From: Sulfolobaceae archaeon
GTDB taxonomy: Archaea > Thermoproteota > Thermoprotei_A > Sulfolobales > Sulfolobaceae
Reading direction: 5' to 3'
DNA: 64,000 nt
NCBI GenBank assembly: GCA_038893355.1
Contig: JAWARQ010000002.1
Location: forward strand, 64,001-128,000
The number at the start of each line of letters is the position of its first letter. The stretch's first letter is position 1. A program made the position numbers and the translations under genes. A model generated the notes under the pieces. The model was not told the DNA's origin. It did not search any database and saw nothing but the letters and a program-made list of their open reading frames with translations. Shown here piece by piece: positions 53,932 through 64,000 of the stretch.

Positions 53932-54372
53932 ATGAGAGTTAAAATAAAGCCGATTGTTAATGTCGTAGGTGAAGAAGAGCTAATAATAATACCTATTACA
54001 AAGTCTAGAGATTACTATCTATGCCTTAATTTTTTTGAAGATATTCCAGAAGGCAGACTAGCAAGATTAGTAGTAGTTTTAGATAAGTATGATGAAATTA
54101 ATAATAATATAGTAAAAATTGCTGGAAAAAAGACATTTGTTGAGGCAGAAGAAGTAGAAGAGGCTTATACGGAGTTAAGTAAAGTTATAGTAATAGAGAG
54201 AAAAGCACCATCATATGTTATTCCATTATATTTTAATATTGAGGTAACTGAAGTTTCGTTAACGGAAAGTGAAGGCGTAAAGGGTTATTTTAATTATATT
54301 AAAAAATACGGTGAGATAAAGATTGAAAGACTAAGAAATATCATTCCTTTCTCCGTTAATGAATTGGTTTAA
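53932..54372 (+). CDS. Hypothetical protein
   Basis: 146-aa ORF filling the rtcA-dpo4 gap. Confidence 0.7.
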   Translation: MRVKIKPIVNVVGEEELIIIPITKSRDYYLCLNFFEDIPEGRLARLVVVLDKYDEINNNIVKIAGKKTFVEAEEVEEAYTELSKVIVIERKAPSYVIPLYFNIEVTEVSLTESEGVKGYFNYIKKYGEIKIERLRNIIPFSVNELV

Positions 54373-55407
54373 ATTATAATATTTTTGTAATTTACTAACT
54401 CTAACTCCGACTCTTCTAACATTTCTTTTATCAATTTCTAAAATCTCTCGTAATAATTCTATTGCTTTAAATACTGCCGAATCTTTATTAATGCCATACT
54501 TATATGTTCTACTTCTACTTACTATATCAAGATCTTCCATAATAGTAAATACGGAAATTGTCCTAGGAATTCCATCTATTTTAGAGTAAACCTCTTCTAT
54601 TGCCTTAATTAAATAAAGTTTGATCTCATCCAAATTTCTAGTATTTTTAGGCAATGTAAGCGTTCTTGCAATACTCTTCTTATTTTTAGGAGTTATTGGT
54701 TCAAAAATTTTAAGTTCTAATAATTTAATTAGATACTTTGCTTTACTTTCTCCAATTAATTTTTTTAGTTCATTATATTTTATATTTCTCACATCTGAAA
54801 GCTTATTAACACCTATCTCCTTTAGTTTTTTACTTAAAACATCACCTAGGCCAGGTATTTCATCTATACTCAAACTCTCTACAAGACTCTTCGCCTCATC
54901 ATAATCTATTACTTTTAAACCATTAGGCTTTACTAACTCTGCAGCAATTTTCGCCAAAACTTTATTAAAACTTATTCCTACAGTTACTTTTAAACCAAGT
55001 TCATTTAATATACTTTCTTTAATTTTCCTACCTATTAATTCTGCCTCTTTAAAATCTTTCACGACCTCAGTTATATCTAAATAAGCTTCATCAATGCTAG
55101 CTACTTCTATTTTATTCGTAAATCTCGAAAGAACTTTAATAACATTTTCAGAAAATTGCTTATAAAGTTCCTTACGCATAGGCAAAAATATTGCAAAAGG
55201 TGCTATCTTTTTGGCTTGCGAGATTGGCATTCCAGCCTTTATCCCTAATTTTCTTGCTTCATAATTAGCAGTAGCCACTGCACCACTATCTTTTGATCTC
55301 CCAGAATAAACACAAACTACGATCGGCTTACCCTTTAAGGAAGGATCTAAAATTTCCTCTACTTGTGCAAAAAAATAATCAATATCAATAAAAGCTATTA
55401 TATTCAT
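54331..55407 (-). CDS. dbh: Y-family DNA polymerase IV (Dpo4/Dbh)
   Basis: DIDYFFAQVE, ATANYEAR, SIDEAYLD, RRVGVR. Confidence 0.97.
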   Translation of the reverse strand: MNIIAFIDIDYFFAQVEEILDPSLKGKPIVVCVYSGRSKDSGAVATANYEARKLGIKAGMPISQAKKIAPFAIFLPMRKELYKQFSENVIKVLSRFTNKIEVASIDEAYLDITEVVKDFKEAELIGRKIKESILNELGLKVTVGISFNKVLAKIAAELVKPNGLKVIDYDEAKSLVESLSIDEIPGLGDVLSKKLKEIGVNKLSDVRNIKYNELKKLIGESKAKYLIKLLELKIFEPITPKNKKSIARTLTLPKNTRNLDEIKLYLIKAIEEVYSKIDGIPRTISVFTIMEDLDIVSRSRTYKYGINKDSAVFKAIELLREILEIDKRNVRRVGVRVSKLQKYYNLNQFINGERNDIS

Positions 55408-56264
55408 TTACATCTAACTTTAGGTGGATTTGTTTTTAAGACTTTCACTACTTCTTGTAAAGTGGGTGAACTAATGCCACCAAACCTAGTAACTTTAATT
55501 CCAGCTGCAATGTTAGCAAATGCTAAACTACTCTCTATACCCATTCCTTCAAGATATGCATAATTAAAAGCAGCATCAAATACATCTCCTGCACCAGTGG
55601 TATCAACCACATTATCTACTGCATAAGCCTCAGCTTCACATTCTTCCTTATCACTAATAAGCTTTGCACCTTTCCTGCCCATTTTTATTATCATTATTTT
55701 AAAATCTACTTTATCCTTTAATAACTTGTATTCATTCTCGTTAACATAAAGTATATCAACTCTTATATTCTCAACTTCAGAAGCATAGGGACCGGGATCA
55801 TATGATGTTAATTTTGTACCCCTATTATTAACTATTAGAGAAGGATGAACAGAGGAATAATGTACAACATCAAATAAGCCAGAAAGCTTGCTAACTTCTT
55901 CGCTGGTTAATAATAGTAGAGGTCTAATTTTTCTCACAATAGATATTTTTCCCTCATCTCTTAAGAATATTAAGGAAATATTATTACTCTTTTCCTCAAG
56001 AACTTCAATTATATTTTCTAAATTAACTCCCATTTCTGCTATTATACTCATTAAAGCCTTTACTACGGGATTATTCCCTACTTTTGCAAGCAACCTTACT
56101 GGATGTCCAAATTTATTAACTGCAACTGCATAATTCGTAGCAGATCCGCCTGGAAAAATTTCTATTATATCAGAGTACCCTGCCGAATTTTCTGAGGGAA
56201 TTTTTTCAATCTTTGCAATTATATCTATATTAAATCTACCTACAGCTAAATGAAGAGGCTTCAA
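55404..56264 (-). CDS. PfkB-family carbohydrate kinase
   Basis: PGGSATN, NENE, DTTGAGDVF. Confidence 0.93.
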   Translation of the reverse strand: MKPLHLAVGRFNIDIIAKIEKIPSENSAGYSDIIEIFPGGSATNYAVAVNKFGHPVRLLAKVGNNPVVKALMSIIAEMGVNLENIIEVLEEKSNNISLIFLRDEGKISIVRKIRPLLLLTSEEVSKLSGLFDVVHYSSVHPSLIVNNRGTKLTSYDPGPYASEVENIRVDILYVNENEYKLLKDKVDFKIMIIKMGRKGAKLISDKEECEAEAYAVDNVVDTTGAGDVFDAAFNYAYLEGMGIESSLAFANIAAGIKVTRFGGISSPTLQEVVKVLKTNPPKVRCK

Positions 56265-56271
56265 TTTATCA

Positions 56272-56321
56272 CCTCAGACAGCCGCCACTTCATCACAATT
56301 CAGTCCCAAAGGTCATCAGCA
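56272..56321 (-). ncRNA. C/D-box methylation guide sRNA
   Basis: Minus strand: C (CTGATGA), guide CCTTTGGGA, D' (CTGA), C' (GTGATGA), guide AGTGGCGGCTGT, D (CTGA). Confidence 0.9.
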
Positions 56322-56322
56322 T

Positions 56323-56595
56323 TTATTCCTTTGATACATATATTTTTCTTCCATCTTTTAACTCTATTAGTAGACAATTCCTCCCTGGAGTTACGTTATA
56401 ATACGAAACCTTTCCATCTATAGTAGAACCTGCAATAATAACACCTAATTCCCTCAATTTAACAACTAAGTTACATACTTCATCTGGTGGAATTACTTCT
56501 TCTATCTTCTTTACTTGACTCCTCTTTATTACTACTTTCTGCTTTAATTCTGGAATTTCAATAACTATCTCTTCTGTACCTATTTGAACACCCAT
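56323..56595 (-). CDS. Hypothetical protein
   Basis: 90-aa ORF upstream of the sRNA-pfkB-dpo4 run. Confidence 0.7.
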   Translation of the reverse strand: MGVQIGTEEIVIEIPELKQKVVIKRSQVKKIEEVIPPDEVCNLVVKLRELGVIIAGSTIDGKVSYYNVTPGRNCLLIELKDGRKIYVSKE

Positions 56596-56780
56596 ATATG
56601 AGCATATTCGTAGAAAGAAATAATAAACTTAAGGTAGAATTGTACTTAAGATTGTAAACTAGTTATTCTTCTAATAAATTAGTTGAGCTAAAAAGTTTAT
56701 AAATATTTTAAATCAAAAAAATACTCAAATAAAATTTTATATAGCTAAAGCTTATAATCTGATTATTAAGTAAGTTATAT

Positions 56781-58076
56781 ATGCCCACTAGAATACAAAT
56801 TGCAAAAAGCGGAAATATTACAGAAGAAATGAAGATAATTTCCGAATATGAAGGAATTGACGTAAATAAGATAAGAAATTTATTGGCAAGTGGAAAGATT
56901 GTTATTTTAAAAAATGAAAAAAGAACAAATATTAAGAAATTAACTGGAGTAGGGGAAGGTTTATTTACAAAAGTTAATGTGAATATTGGAGCCTCAACAG
57001 TCCATTATAACCCTAAAGAAGAATTGATGAAGATAGAGATCGCAAATAAATTTGGTGCTGATGCAATAATGGATCTAACTGACGGTGGTGATATAGATTA
57101 TATGAGAAGATTAGTTTTAGAGAAGGCAGAAATGGCAGTAGGAACTGTACCAATCTATCAAGTATACTATGAGATGGTAGTAAAGAAAAAATATGCTATT
57201 GAATTTAATGAAGATGAGATATTCAGTACTATAGAAAGACACCTTAAAGATGGAGTAGACTTCATTACTGTTCACACTGGGATAACTCTAGAATTAGTTA
57301 AAAAATATATAAAGGTAGGGCGAACAGCAGGAATAGTTAGCAGAGGAGGTACAATAATAGCAGCATGGATGCTTATGCAAGATAAGGAAAATCCACTATA
57401 TTCTAATTTCGATTACTTATTAGAGATTGCACGCGAATATGATGCTACATTAAGTTTAGGAGATGCATTAAGGCCAGGAGGAATAGATGACTCGCATGAT
57501 GAATTCCATGTGGCTGAACTTATTAACAATGCTAGATTATCCAAAATTGCAATAGAAAAAGGTGTTCAAGTTATGATAGAGGGTCCAGGGCATGTACCTT
57601 TAGACGAAATAGAAATGGATGTGAAATTAGAAAAGAAGTTAACAAATGGTGTTCCATATTATGTTTTGGGAATGTTACCTACTGACATAGCAGCTGGTTA
57701 TGATCACATAGCAGGGGCTATTGGTGGAGCAATAGCAGCTATGGCAGGAGCTGATATGTTATGTTATTTAACACCTGCCGAACATCTCTCATTACCTAAT
57801 CCAGAGCAAGTGAAAGAGGGTTTAATAGCATTTAAGATAGCAGCACATGTAGGAGATATTGTAAAATTAGGAGATAGGGCTAGGAAGAAAGATACTATGA
57901 TGAGTAAAGCTAGAGCATCTTTAGACTGGAGAACAATGTTCAACTTAAGTTTTGATCCAGAAAGAGCTAAAGAAATATATAAACAGTATAAAAGCATCGA
58001 GGCAGGTTCTTGTAGTATGTGCGGAGATTTATGTGTATATTTGGTATTACCTAGAGCTATGAAGAATAAACGTTAA
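56781..58076 (+). CDS. thiC: Phosphomethylpyrimidine synthase ThiC (ThiC/Bza family)
   Basis: [39 protein letters not shown]. Confidence 0.9.
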   Translation: MPTRIQIAKSGNITEEMKIISEYEGIDVNKIRNLLASGKIVILKNEKRTNIKKLTGVGEGLFTKVNVNIGASTVHYNPKEELMKIEIANKFGADAIMDLTDGGDIDYMRRLVLEKAEMAVGTVPIYQVYYEMVVKKKYAIEFNEDEIFSTIERHLKDGVDFITVHTGITLELVKKYIKVGRTAGIVSRGGTIIAAWMLMQDKENPLYSNFDYLLEIAREYDATLSLGDALRPGGIDDSHDEFHVAELINNARLSKIAIEKGVQVMIEGPGHVPLDEIEMDVKLEKKLTNGVPYYVLGMLPTDIAAGYDHIAGAIGGAIAAMAGADMLCYLTPAEHLSLPNPEQVKEGLIAFKIAAHVGDIVKLGDRARKKDTMMSKARASLDWRTMFNLSFDPERAKEIYKQYKSIEAGSCSMCGDLCVYLVLPRAMKNKR

Positions 58077-58122
58077 ATGGAACAAGCCAATACTTTAAAA
58101 AATCTAAAAATATAGTTCCCTT

Positions 58123-58806
58123 ATGGATCTTTTTACCGCAATTAGATTAAGAAGAGACATAAGATCGTACTATAAACCAGATCCTATTCCAGATGAGGTA
58201 TTAGCTAAAATATTATCTGCAGCACATATGGCACCGTCTGTTGGATATTCTCAGCCGTGGGATTTTATTATTATTAAGGATAAAGAAATTAAAAGAAAAA
58301 TAAAGGAAATAGTAGAAGAAGAAAGGAAAAAATTTAGAGAATTATTAGATAGTAATAGAAGAGATTTATTTGATAAATTAAAAATAGAAGCAATTATTGA
58401 GACACCAGTTAACATTGCGGTAACATATGATAGCGAAAGATTTGGACCCTATGTATTAGGTAGAGAAAGTATGCCAGAAACTGGACTATATAGTGTAATA
58501 TTAGCAATTAGTAATTTATGGCTAGCAGCTACCGCTGAAGGCATTGGAATCGGATGGGTTTCATTCCTAAATAAAGAAAAAGTCAAAGAAATATTACAAA
58601 TTCCTAAAAACATTGAATTAGTAGCTTATTTAACTTTAGGATATGTTACTAAATTTCCTAAAATTCCAGAGTTAGAGGAAAAAGGATGGAATAAAAGAAT
58701 TAGATTATCTAGTGTCGTATTTGAGAACCGTTACGGGAATAGACCTAATCAGAACTTTCTCGAATTATTAGATAAAACATTTAATGAGTTATTTTGGAAG
58801 CTTTAA
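58123..58806 (+). CDS. bluB: 5,6-dimethylbenzimidazole synthase BluB
   Basis: [48 protein letters not shown]. Confidence 0.88.
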   Translation: MDLFTAIRLRRDIRSYYKPDPIPDEVLAKILSAAHMAPSVGYSQPWDFIIIKDKEIKRKIKEIVEEERKKFRELLDSNRRDLFDKLKIEAIIETPVNIAVTYDSERFGPYVLGRESMPETGLYSVILAISNLWLAATAEGIGIGWVSFLNKEKVKEILQIPKNIELVAYLTLGYVTKFPKIPELEEKGWNKRIRLSSVVFENRYGNRPNQNFLELLDKTFNELFWKL

Positions 58807-59386
58807 TACATAAATACGAACCATCAGAACTTTCCCTAGGTTCTTCAATTCTTTCCTCTTCAAAAGGAGAATAGAATAATGTTGAAATTATCTTTTCTAC
58901 TTTAAAATAATTGGATAATAATTTGAAGAGTTCATCTTTAGATATGAACCTTGCTCTAGAATAATATTTATGACCCTTCTTTCCTAACTCTTCATAAAAT
59001 TTACCCCACTGGGAGTCCCTTGGAATTATACAAATCCCTATATATTGTTTAGTTATCCTATATAATTCAATTATAAATTTTTCCAAATTTTCTAAGAAAC
59101 ATAATGTTACGGATATAAAGGCACATTTAATTCCATTATCTCTAAAGGGCATATAATGCGCGTCTGCCTGTACTCGCTCACCTTTAGCCTCCTTTAATAC
59201 AAATTCGGAAATGTCTAATAAAATAGAATCTTCTCCTAGTACATCTTTAAATATGCCAGGGCCAGAGCCTATATCTAAACAGTTAACTAAACCAAGAGCT
59301 TTAATTGCCTTCTTTTCACTTTCATAAATTTTATAATGAATTTCATACCATTTTCTGTAACTTGCTGGATCATTAAATAATTCCAT
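58781..59386 (-). CDS. Class I SAM methyltransferase
   Basis: [19 protein letters not shown]. Confidence 0.88.
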   Translation of the reverse strand: MELFNDPASYRKWYEIHYKIYESEKKAIKALGLVNCLDIGSGPGIFKDVLGEDSILLDISEFVLKEAKGERVQADAHYMPFRDNGIKCAFISVTLCFLENLEKFIIELYRITKQYIGICIIPRDSQWGKFYEELGKKGHKYYSRARFISKDELFKLLSNYFKVEKIISTLFYSPFEEERIEEPRESSDGSYLCIKASKITH

Positions 59387-59727
59387 AAAAATTTATATAT
59401 ACAGAACTCTTTAAAATTTCAGACTCTATATCTTCTATAGAAAATTAAATTTATGAATCAGTTCTTATATTCTTTATTTAGTGAAAAAATTCATAAATAT
59501 TTATTCTTTCTAATTCTAAAATTTATTCTATATAAAATACTTCTACTTCTTAATTTTATTTTAAAATTTTAAGATAATTTAAAAATTTTAAAATAAATAT
59601 AATATTTAAATTTTATAATATAAAGAAAAAATTGAATATAAATTTTTAATGATATAGGTATATTTATTATCTATAGGTTAACATAATTAATCTAAATAAA
59701 AGTATGTGGATATAGGGGAAGGAATAT

Positions 59728-60342
59728 ATGATAGCAAAGTATTTGGATGAGGAGATTAAAAGAAGAGAAGATTATAGTTTAAGAAGGTTAAAGGGTATAC
59801 CAAATGATAGAAGGCTGTGGATATTAACATGTATGGATGAGAGAGTGCATATAGAGGAAGTATTAGGAATTAAACCAGAAGATGCACATATTTATAGAAA
59901 TGCTGGAGGCATAGTAACAGATGATGCTATTAGATCAGCAGCATTAACTACGAACTTCTTTGGAACTAAGGAAATAATAGTTATTACTCATACAGACTGT
60001 GGGATGTTAAGGTTTACTGGAGATGAAGTAGCAAAATACTTCTTAGATAAGGGTGTTAAATTAAGTGAGTTACAAATAGATCCTTTATTACCCTCTTTAA
60101 AGATTCAAAGTGAAGGGGAGTTTATTAAATGGTTTAAATTCTTTAAGGATTTAGGTGCTAATACTCCAGATGAGATTGCATTAAAAAATGTTGAAATACT
60201 TAAAAATCACCCACTAATACCAAAAGATGTTACTATTAGCGCATATGTATATGAGGTAGAAACTCATAAATTAAGGAAACCTGGACAAAGAATATATGAA
60301 TTAACATCTAAATATGAACATGGAACAATAGTTAAGGAGTAA
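59728..60342 (+). CDS. CS2/COS hydrolase (beta-carbonic anhydrase fold)
   Basis: CMDER, RNAGG, TNFFG, HTDCGM; 204 aa ending HGTIVKE, as recalled for the Acidianus CS2 hydrolase. Confidence 0.9.
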   Translation: MIAKYLDEEIKRREDYSLRRLKGIPNDRRLWILTCMDERVHIEEVLGIKPEDAHIYRNAGGIVTDDAIRSAALTTNFFGTKEIIVITHTDCGMLRFTGDEVAKYFLDKGVKLSELQIDPLLPSLKIQSEGEFIKWFKFFKDLGANTPDEIALKNVEILKNHPLIPKDVTISAYVYEVETHKLRKPGQRIYELTSKYEHGTIVKE

Positions 60343-61101
60343 TTAAATATTTAGATCTTCATAGAAAACTTCAGAACTTCCACAATTACATGCTGGACCA
60401 TTTACTATAGCTCGACATAAGGCACATCTCACTACAATTTTTTCTTCCTCATTCATTATCCTTATTGAATTTTTAATTAATTCATTCCATTCTCTTTCAA
60501 AACTTTTTAAATTATATTTAGTAAAAATTTCCTCTGGGATCATCTGGCCTAATATTGTTACAGCATATAATCCAGCAGTAAAAGCTAAACTCTCCCAATT
60601 TTTAGCCCTAGATATCGAGAGTTCTCTTATCTTTTCAACACAATTTACCCATAAGATCTTAGAGAATAATAAGGGAAGAGAATATACTTTAATATGCTTA
60701 GCGTCTTCGATTAAATTATATTTAATTAATTTTAATAATGAAAAACTCTCCTCGGGTATCTTTGCATAAGATTTTAAGGAAACGATTAACATTAATATTC
60801 CTAGAGTTTTTAAGATAATTCTCACATCGTCATGAAGATTTATGATATTTAAAATAGCTTCAGCATTCTTTTTCTTTAATACTCGTTTTATATATTTTTC
60901 ATTATCTATTATAGTTCCTTGATAATAGTACCATTTATACAAATCTTTTACTCTTAAATAATAATTTTCTAGATTTTTATTAATAATTTTATTTTCTAAT
61001 ATTTCTTTAATTAATTTACTAGGTTTAATATTTAAAAATTTTGCTAGTTCTTCTAGATCTTCATAGGTCTTAGGATTAATCCAAATAGATAAAGTTGGCA
61101 T
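60343..61101 (-). CDS. Hypothetical protein with N-terminal ribbon-helix-helix and C-terminal Zn ribbon
   Basis: MPTLSIWINPKTYEDLEELAK....PSKLIKEIL; CALC...CNCGS. Start moved to ATG 61101. Confidence 0.7.
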   Translation of the reverse strand: MPTLSIWINPKTYEDLEELAKFLNIKPSKLIKEILENKIINKNLENYYLRVKDLYKWYYYQGTIIDNEKYIKRVLKKKNAEAILNIINLHDDVRIILKTLGILMLIVSLKSYAKIPEESFSLLKLIKYNLIEDAKHIKVYSLPLLFSKILWVNCVEKIRELSISRAKNWESLAFTAGLYAVTILGQMIPEEIFTKYNLKSFEREWNELIKNSIRIMNEEEKIVVRCALCRAIVNGPACNCGSSEVFYEDLNI

Positions 61102-61234
61102 ATATTTATAAATACCACTTCTTAATTTTAAATTTTTCTTTAAATGCAAAAAATTACCAAAACTAAATCTTTTTATTTTAGGTATTTAAGGATCAATACC
61201 TCTAACTTAAAAATCTTTGATTCTATAAACTGTT

Positions 61235-62767
61235 ATGCTTTTAGAAAAGGCTAAAATAGAAATAAAGGATCATAGATTTAAGGATATATTTGAGGAAAAG
61301 GATGGGATTTATAACTTTAAAACTTATATTGCTGGAAAATGGGTAGATTCTGAAGATAAAGTATTAGTTAAAAGTCCAATAGATGGTAGTATTATAGCAT
61401 CAGTACCTAAATTAGATAAAAAGATAATAGATAACGCATTAGACATAATTTCTTCAAAAGGTAAGTGGAGTATTAGGGATTTACCAGGAGAGAAGAGGCT
61501 AAGAGTTTTTCATAGAGTTGCAGATATATTAGAGGAACTAAAGGAAGAATTTGCAGACGTTTTAGTAGTTGGAAATGGTAAGACTAAAAGTGCAGCTATA
61601 GGAGAAATAAATGCATCAATAGAGAGACTAAGGAGATCGGATTTAGATGTTAGAAAATTGTATGGTGAGTATATTCCAGGCGACTGGAGTACTGAGAGTC
61701 TAGAAAGTGAGGCAATAGTTAGAAGGGAACCACTAGGCGTTGTTCTAGCTATAACGCCCTTTAATTACCCATTATTCGATGCTATAAATAAATTAGTTTA
61801 TTCTTCTGTTGCAGGGAATGCTATAGTTTTAAAGCCTTCTACACTAACTCCATTACCAGCCATACTATTAGCTAGAATTTTAGAAATTAGTGGATTTCCG
61901 AAAGAATCGTTAGCAGTATTTACAGTCCCAGGAAGTGAAATGAAGGAAATCGTTAAAGATAGTAGAATAAATGTGATTTCATTTACTGGAAGTTCAGAAA
62001 CAGGTAAAGAGGTAATTAAATCAGGTGGAATTAAATCATATATTATGGAACTTGGTGGGGGAGACCCAGTGATAGTATTAGATGATGCAGAACCTCAGTT
62101 TACGGCTTCTAAAATAGTGACTGGAATAACTGCCTATGCAGGGCAAAGATGCGATGCAATAAAGCTAATCTTATCAGAGCCAAAGATTTATGATGATTTA
62201 AAAAGTAATTTAATAAATGAAATTAAAAAAATCAAGGTTGGTGACCCAAGATCACCAGAAACTAATATGGGCCCACTTATAGAAGAAAAAACTGCTGAGG
62301 AATTTGAGTTGGCGATTAAAGATGCTATTTCAATGGGTGGAAAAGTATTATATGGTGGGAAAAGAATATATGGCAATTATGTTGAGCCGACAATAATAGA
62401 GATTAGTAAGGAGAAAGTCAAGAATACGTATCTCTATCATAAGGAGGTATTTGCACCAATAGCATTATTGGTAGAAGTAGAAAATTTTGAAGAAGCGATA
62501 AAATTATCTAATGATAGAAGGTATGGTCTAGATGCTGCTATATTTGGAAATAATATGTACAAGATAAGGAAGATAATAAGGTATTTGGATGTAGGTGCAA
62601 TTTACATTAATGAATATCCAAGACATGGTATAGGTTACTTTCCATTTGGTGGTCGTAAGGATTCTGGAATTGGAAAGGAGGGTATAGGATATCCTATAGA
62701 GTACGTTACTGGATATAAGACTATAGTATATAACTATAAGGGTAAGGGTATTTGGGAATATTTATAA
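61235..62767 (+). CDS. gapN: Non-phosphorylating glyceraldehyde-3-phosphate dehydrogenase
   Basis: ALDH motifs PFNYP, FTGS, MELGG, GQRC; GDWS..SLE and C-terminal GKGIWEYL of archaeal GAPN. Confidence 0.9.
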   Translation: MLLEKAKIEIKDHRFKDIFEEKDGIYNFKTYIAGKWVDSEDKVLVKSPIDGSIIASVPKLDKKIIDNALDIISSKGKWSIRDLPGEKRLRVFHRVADILEELKEEFADVLVVGNGKTKSAAIGEINASIERLRRSDLDVRKLYGEYIPGDWSTESLESEAIVRREPLGVVLAITPFNYPLFDAINKLVYSSVAGNAIVLKPSTLTPLPAILLARILEISGFPKESLAVFTVPGSEMKEIVKDSRINVISFTGSSETGKEVIKSGGIKSYIMELGGGDPVIVLDDAEPQFTASKIVTGITAYAGQRCDAIKLILSEPKIYDDLKSNLINEIKKIKVGDPRSPETNMGPLIEEKTAEEFELAIKDAISMGGKVLYGGKRIYGNYVEPTIIEISKEKVKNTYLYHKEVFAPIALLVEVENFEEAIKLSNDRRYGLDAAIFGNNMYKIRKIIRYLDVGAIYINEYPRHGIGYFPFGGRKDSGIGKEGIGYPIEYVTGYKTIVYNYKGKGIWEYL

Positions 62768-62772
62768 ACATG

Positions 62773-63807
62773 CTAACCTGCTGACTTTTCAGTTATTTTA
62801 GGTTTAACTAAAATTCTTGATTTCTCTTGAAAGATTCCTTTTGGTCTAAGAATTAATATTACAACTAAAATAGTACCAAATAATGCATATTGTAACCAAA
62901 TAGGATCAAAGTGTAAGAAGGCTCCTATCTCATCCTTATAAATGTCTATTAAGTGATAGAGTGTTGAGTAAAATAACGTGCCTACTATAGCACCTATTGA
63001 TGTTCCTGCACCACCTAATACTAACATTAAATAAGGAATAAAGGACCATGTTAAATTATCAAACGAGCCTGCATAAACTGATCCAACATAAAATGCATAA
63101 AGAGCTCCTGCTATACCTGCAAAAAATCCGCCTAATGCCATAGCCTTACCTCTTATTACTCCTATATCTCTCCCTAAAGACTCGATTAAGTCCTCATTCT
63201 CCCTAACTGCTCTTAATACTCTACCCATTGGTGAATTTGAAATAAGGTTAAATATTAATAACATAAGTAGTGCAAAAGCTAGTAGCACTATCGCTAATCT
63301 GTAATAGAGGACTGAGCCTTGACCTAATAATGCTACAAACACAGCAGGAACCTGGACACCTACTGTTCCACCAACTAATGGAGGATAGTTAATTCCTATT
63401 ACAACTAGCGAAGTTCCTACTACTAAGAGTAAAATACCTAAATAGTCCTCTCTTAATCTCAGGGCTGGATAAGAAGAAATATAACCTAAAGCAGCTCCTA
63501 TAAGCCCCGCTATAGCTAGTGTTAATAGTAATAACAAGAACGCTATAAGAGGTTCGTTTACTAATCTAAGGTTTATTTCACCAACAATCGTTGGATTAAA
63601 TACAATATAATCCCCCTTTATACCATATACCGCAGCCATTATTCTGCCGGGTACTGAGCCCGCAACAAATGCACCACCAGCATAAGCTAATACTCGACCA
63701 AAATTAGGTACGCCAGTTAAACCTATTTCTATATTTAATGATATTGCTATCATTAAATATATTGAGAAGTCAAGTGTTATTGCTAATAATAGTGATAATA
63801 TATCCAT
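62773..63807 (-). CDS. Branched-chain amino acid ABC permease (LivM-like)
   Basis: GVPNFG, LRLREDYL, SPMGRVLRAVRENE, RPKGIF. Confidence 0.92.
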   Translation of the reverse strand: MDILSLLLAITLDFSIYLMIAISLNIEIGLTGVPNFGRVLAYAGGAFVAGSVPGRIMAAVYGIKGDYIVFNPTIVGEINLRLVNEPLIAFLLLLLTLAIAGLIGAALGYISSYPALRLREDYLGILLLVVGTSLVVIGINYPPLVGGTVGVQVPAVFVALLGQGSVLYYRLAIVLLAFALLMLLIFNLISNSPMGRVLRAVRENEDLIESLGRDIGVIRGKAMALGGFFAGIAGALYAFYVGSVYAGSFDNLTWSFIPYLMLVLGGAGTSIGAIVGTLFYSTLYHLIDIYKDEIGAFLHFDPIWLQYALFGTILVVILILRPKGIFQEKSRILVKPKITEKSAG

Positions 63808-64000
63808 TATCTCACCCTAGAACCCATAATACCTTTAGGTAAAAATAATAGAACTACTGCAACAACTATAAGGGGAACAAGGGTAGAATATTGATTAATT
63901 ACGTACGGGTTAACTCCTATTATAGGGGAAAGGTATATAGAAAGTTGCGTCATTACATACTTTTCTAAGAAACCTTCTATTACTCCCCCTATAAATCCAC
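63807..64000 (-). CDS. Branched-chain amino acid ABC permease (LivH-like), C-terminal part
   Basis: Hand translation GFIGGVIEG...VVLLFLPKGIMGSRVR*; stop overlaps the livM ATG. Confidence 0.8.
   Translation of the reverse strand, partial: GFIGGVIEGFLEKYVMTQLSIYLSPIIGVNPYVINQYSTLVPLIVVAVVLLFLPKGIMGSRVR

Overview
AT-rich chromosomal segment of a Sulfolobales crenarchaeon, judged from the Zn-ferredoxin, Dpo4, GAPN, BRE/TATA promoters and Sulfolobus-type IS remnants. Most of it is housekeeping: lysS, alaX, aIF-1A/rio1/dim2, aconitase, FAU-1, elp3 with a Trm9-like methyltransferase, an aryl-CoA (paa/ior) catabolic cluster, an Opp ABC transporter, rtcA/dpo4, thiC/bluB, a CS2-hydrolase-type beta-carbonic anhydrase, two tRNAs and an unannotated C/D-box sRNA. 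The standout is a ~3.4-kb accessory unit (6646-10075) between aIF-1A and tRNA-Ser. It holds a three-gene operon: a hidden 50-aa peptide, a PqqE-like radical SAM enzyme whose SPASM domain has lost all AuxI cysteines, and an MFS exporter. This is a candidate new archaeal RiPP system. It sits inside nested mobile-element scars: 71-bp inverted repeats with a 7-bp flanking duplication, a 129-bp MITE with a displaced 9-10-bp duplication, and an ISH3 transposase remnant. All family assignments come from motif recognition by eye; no database search was run.
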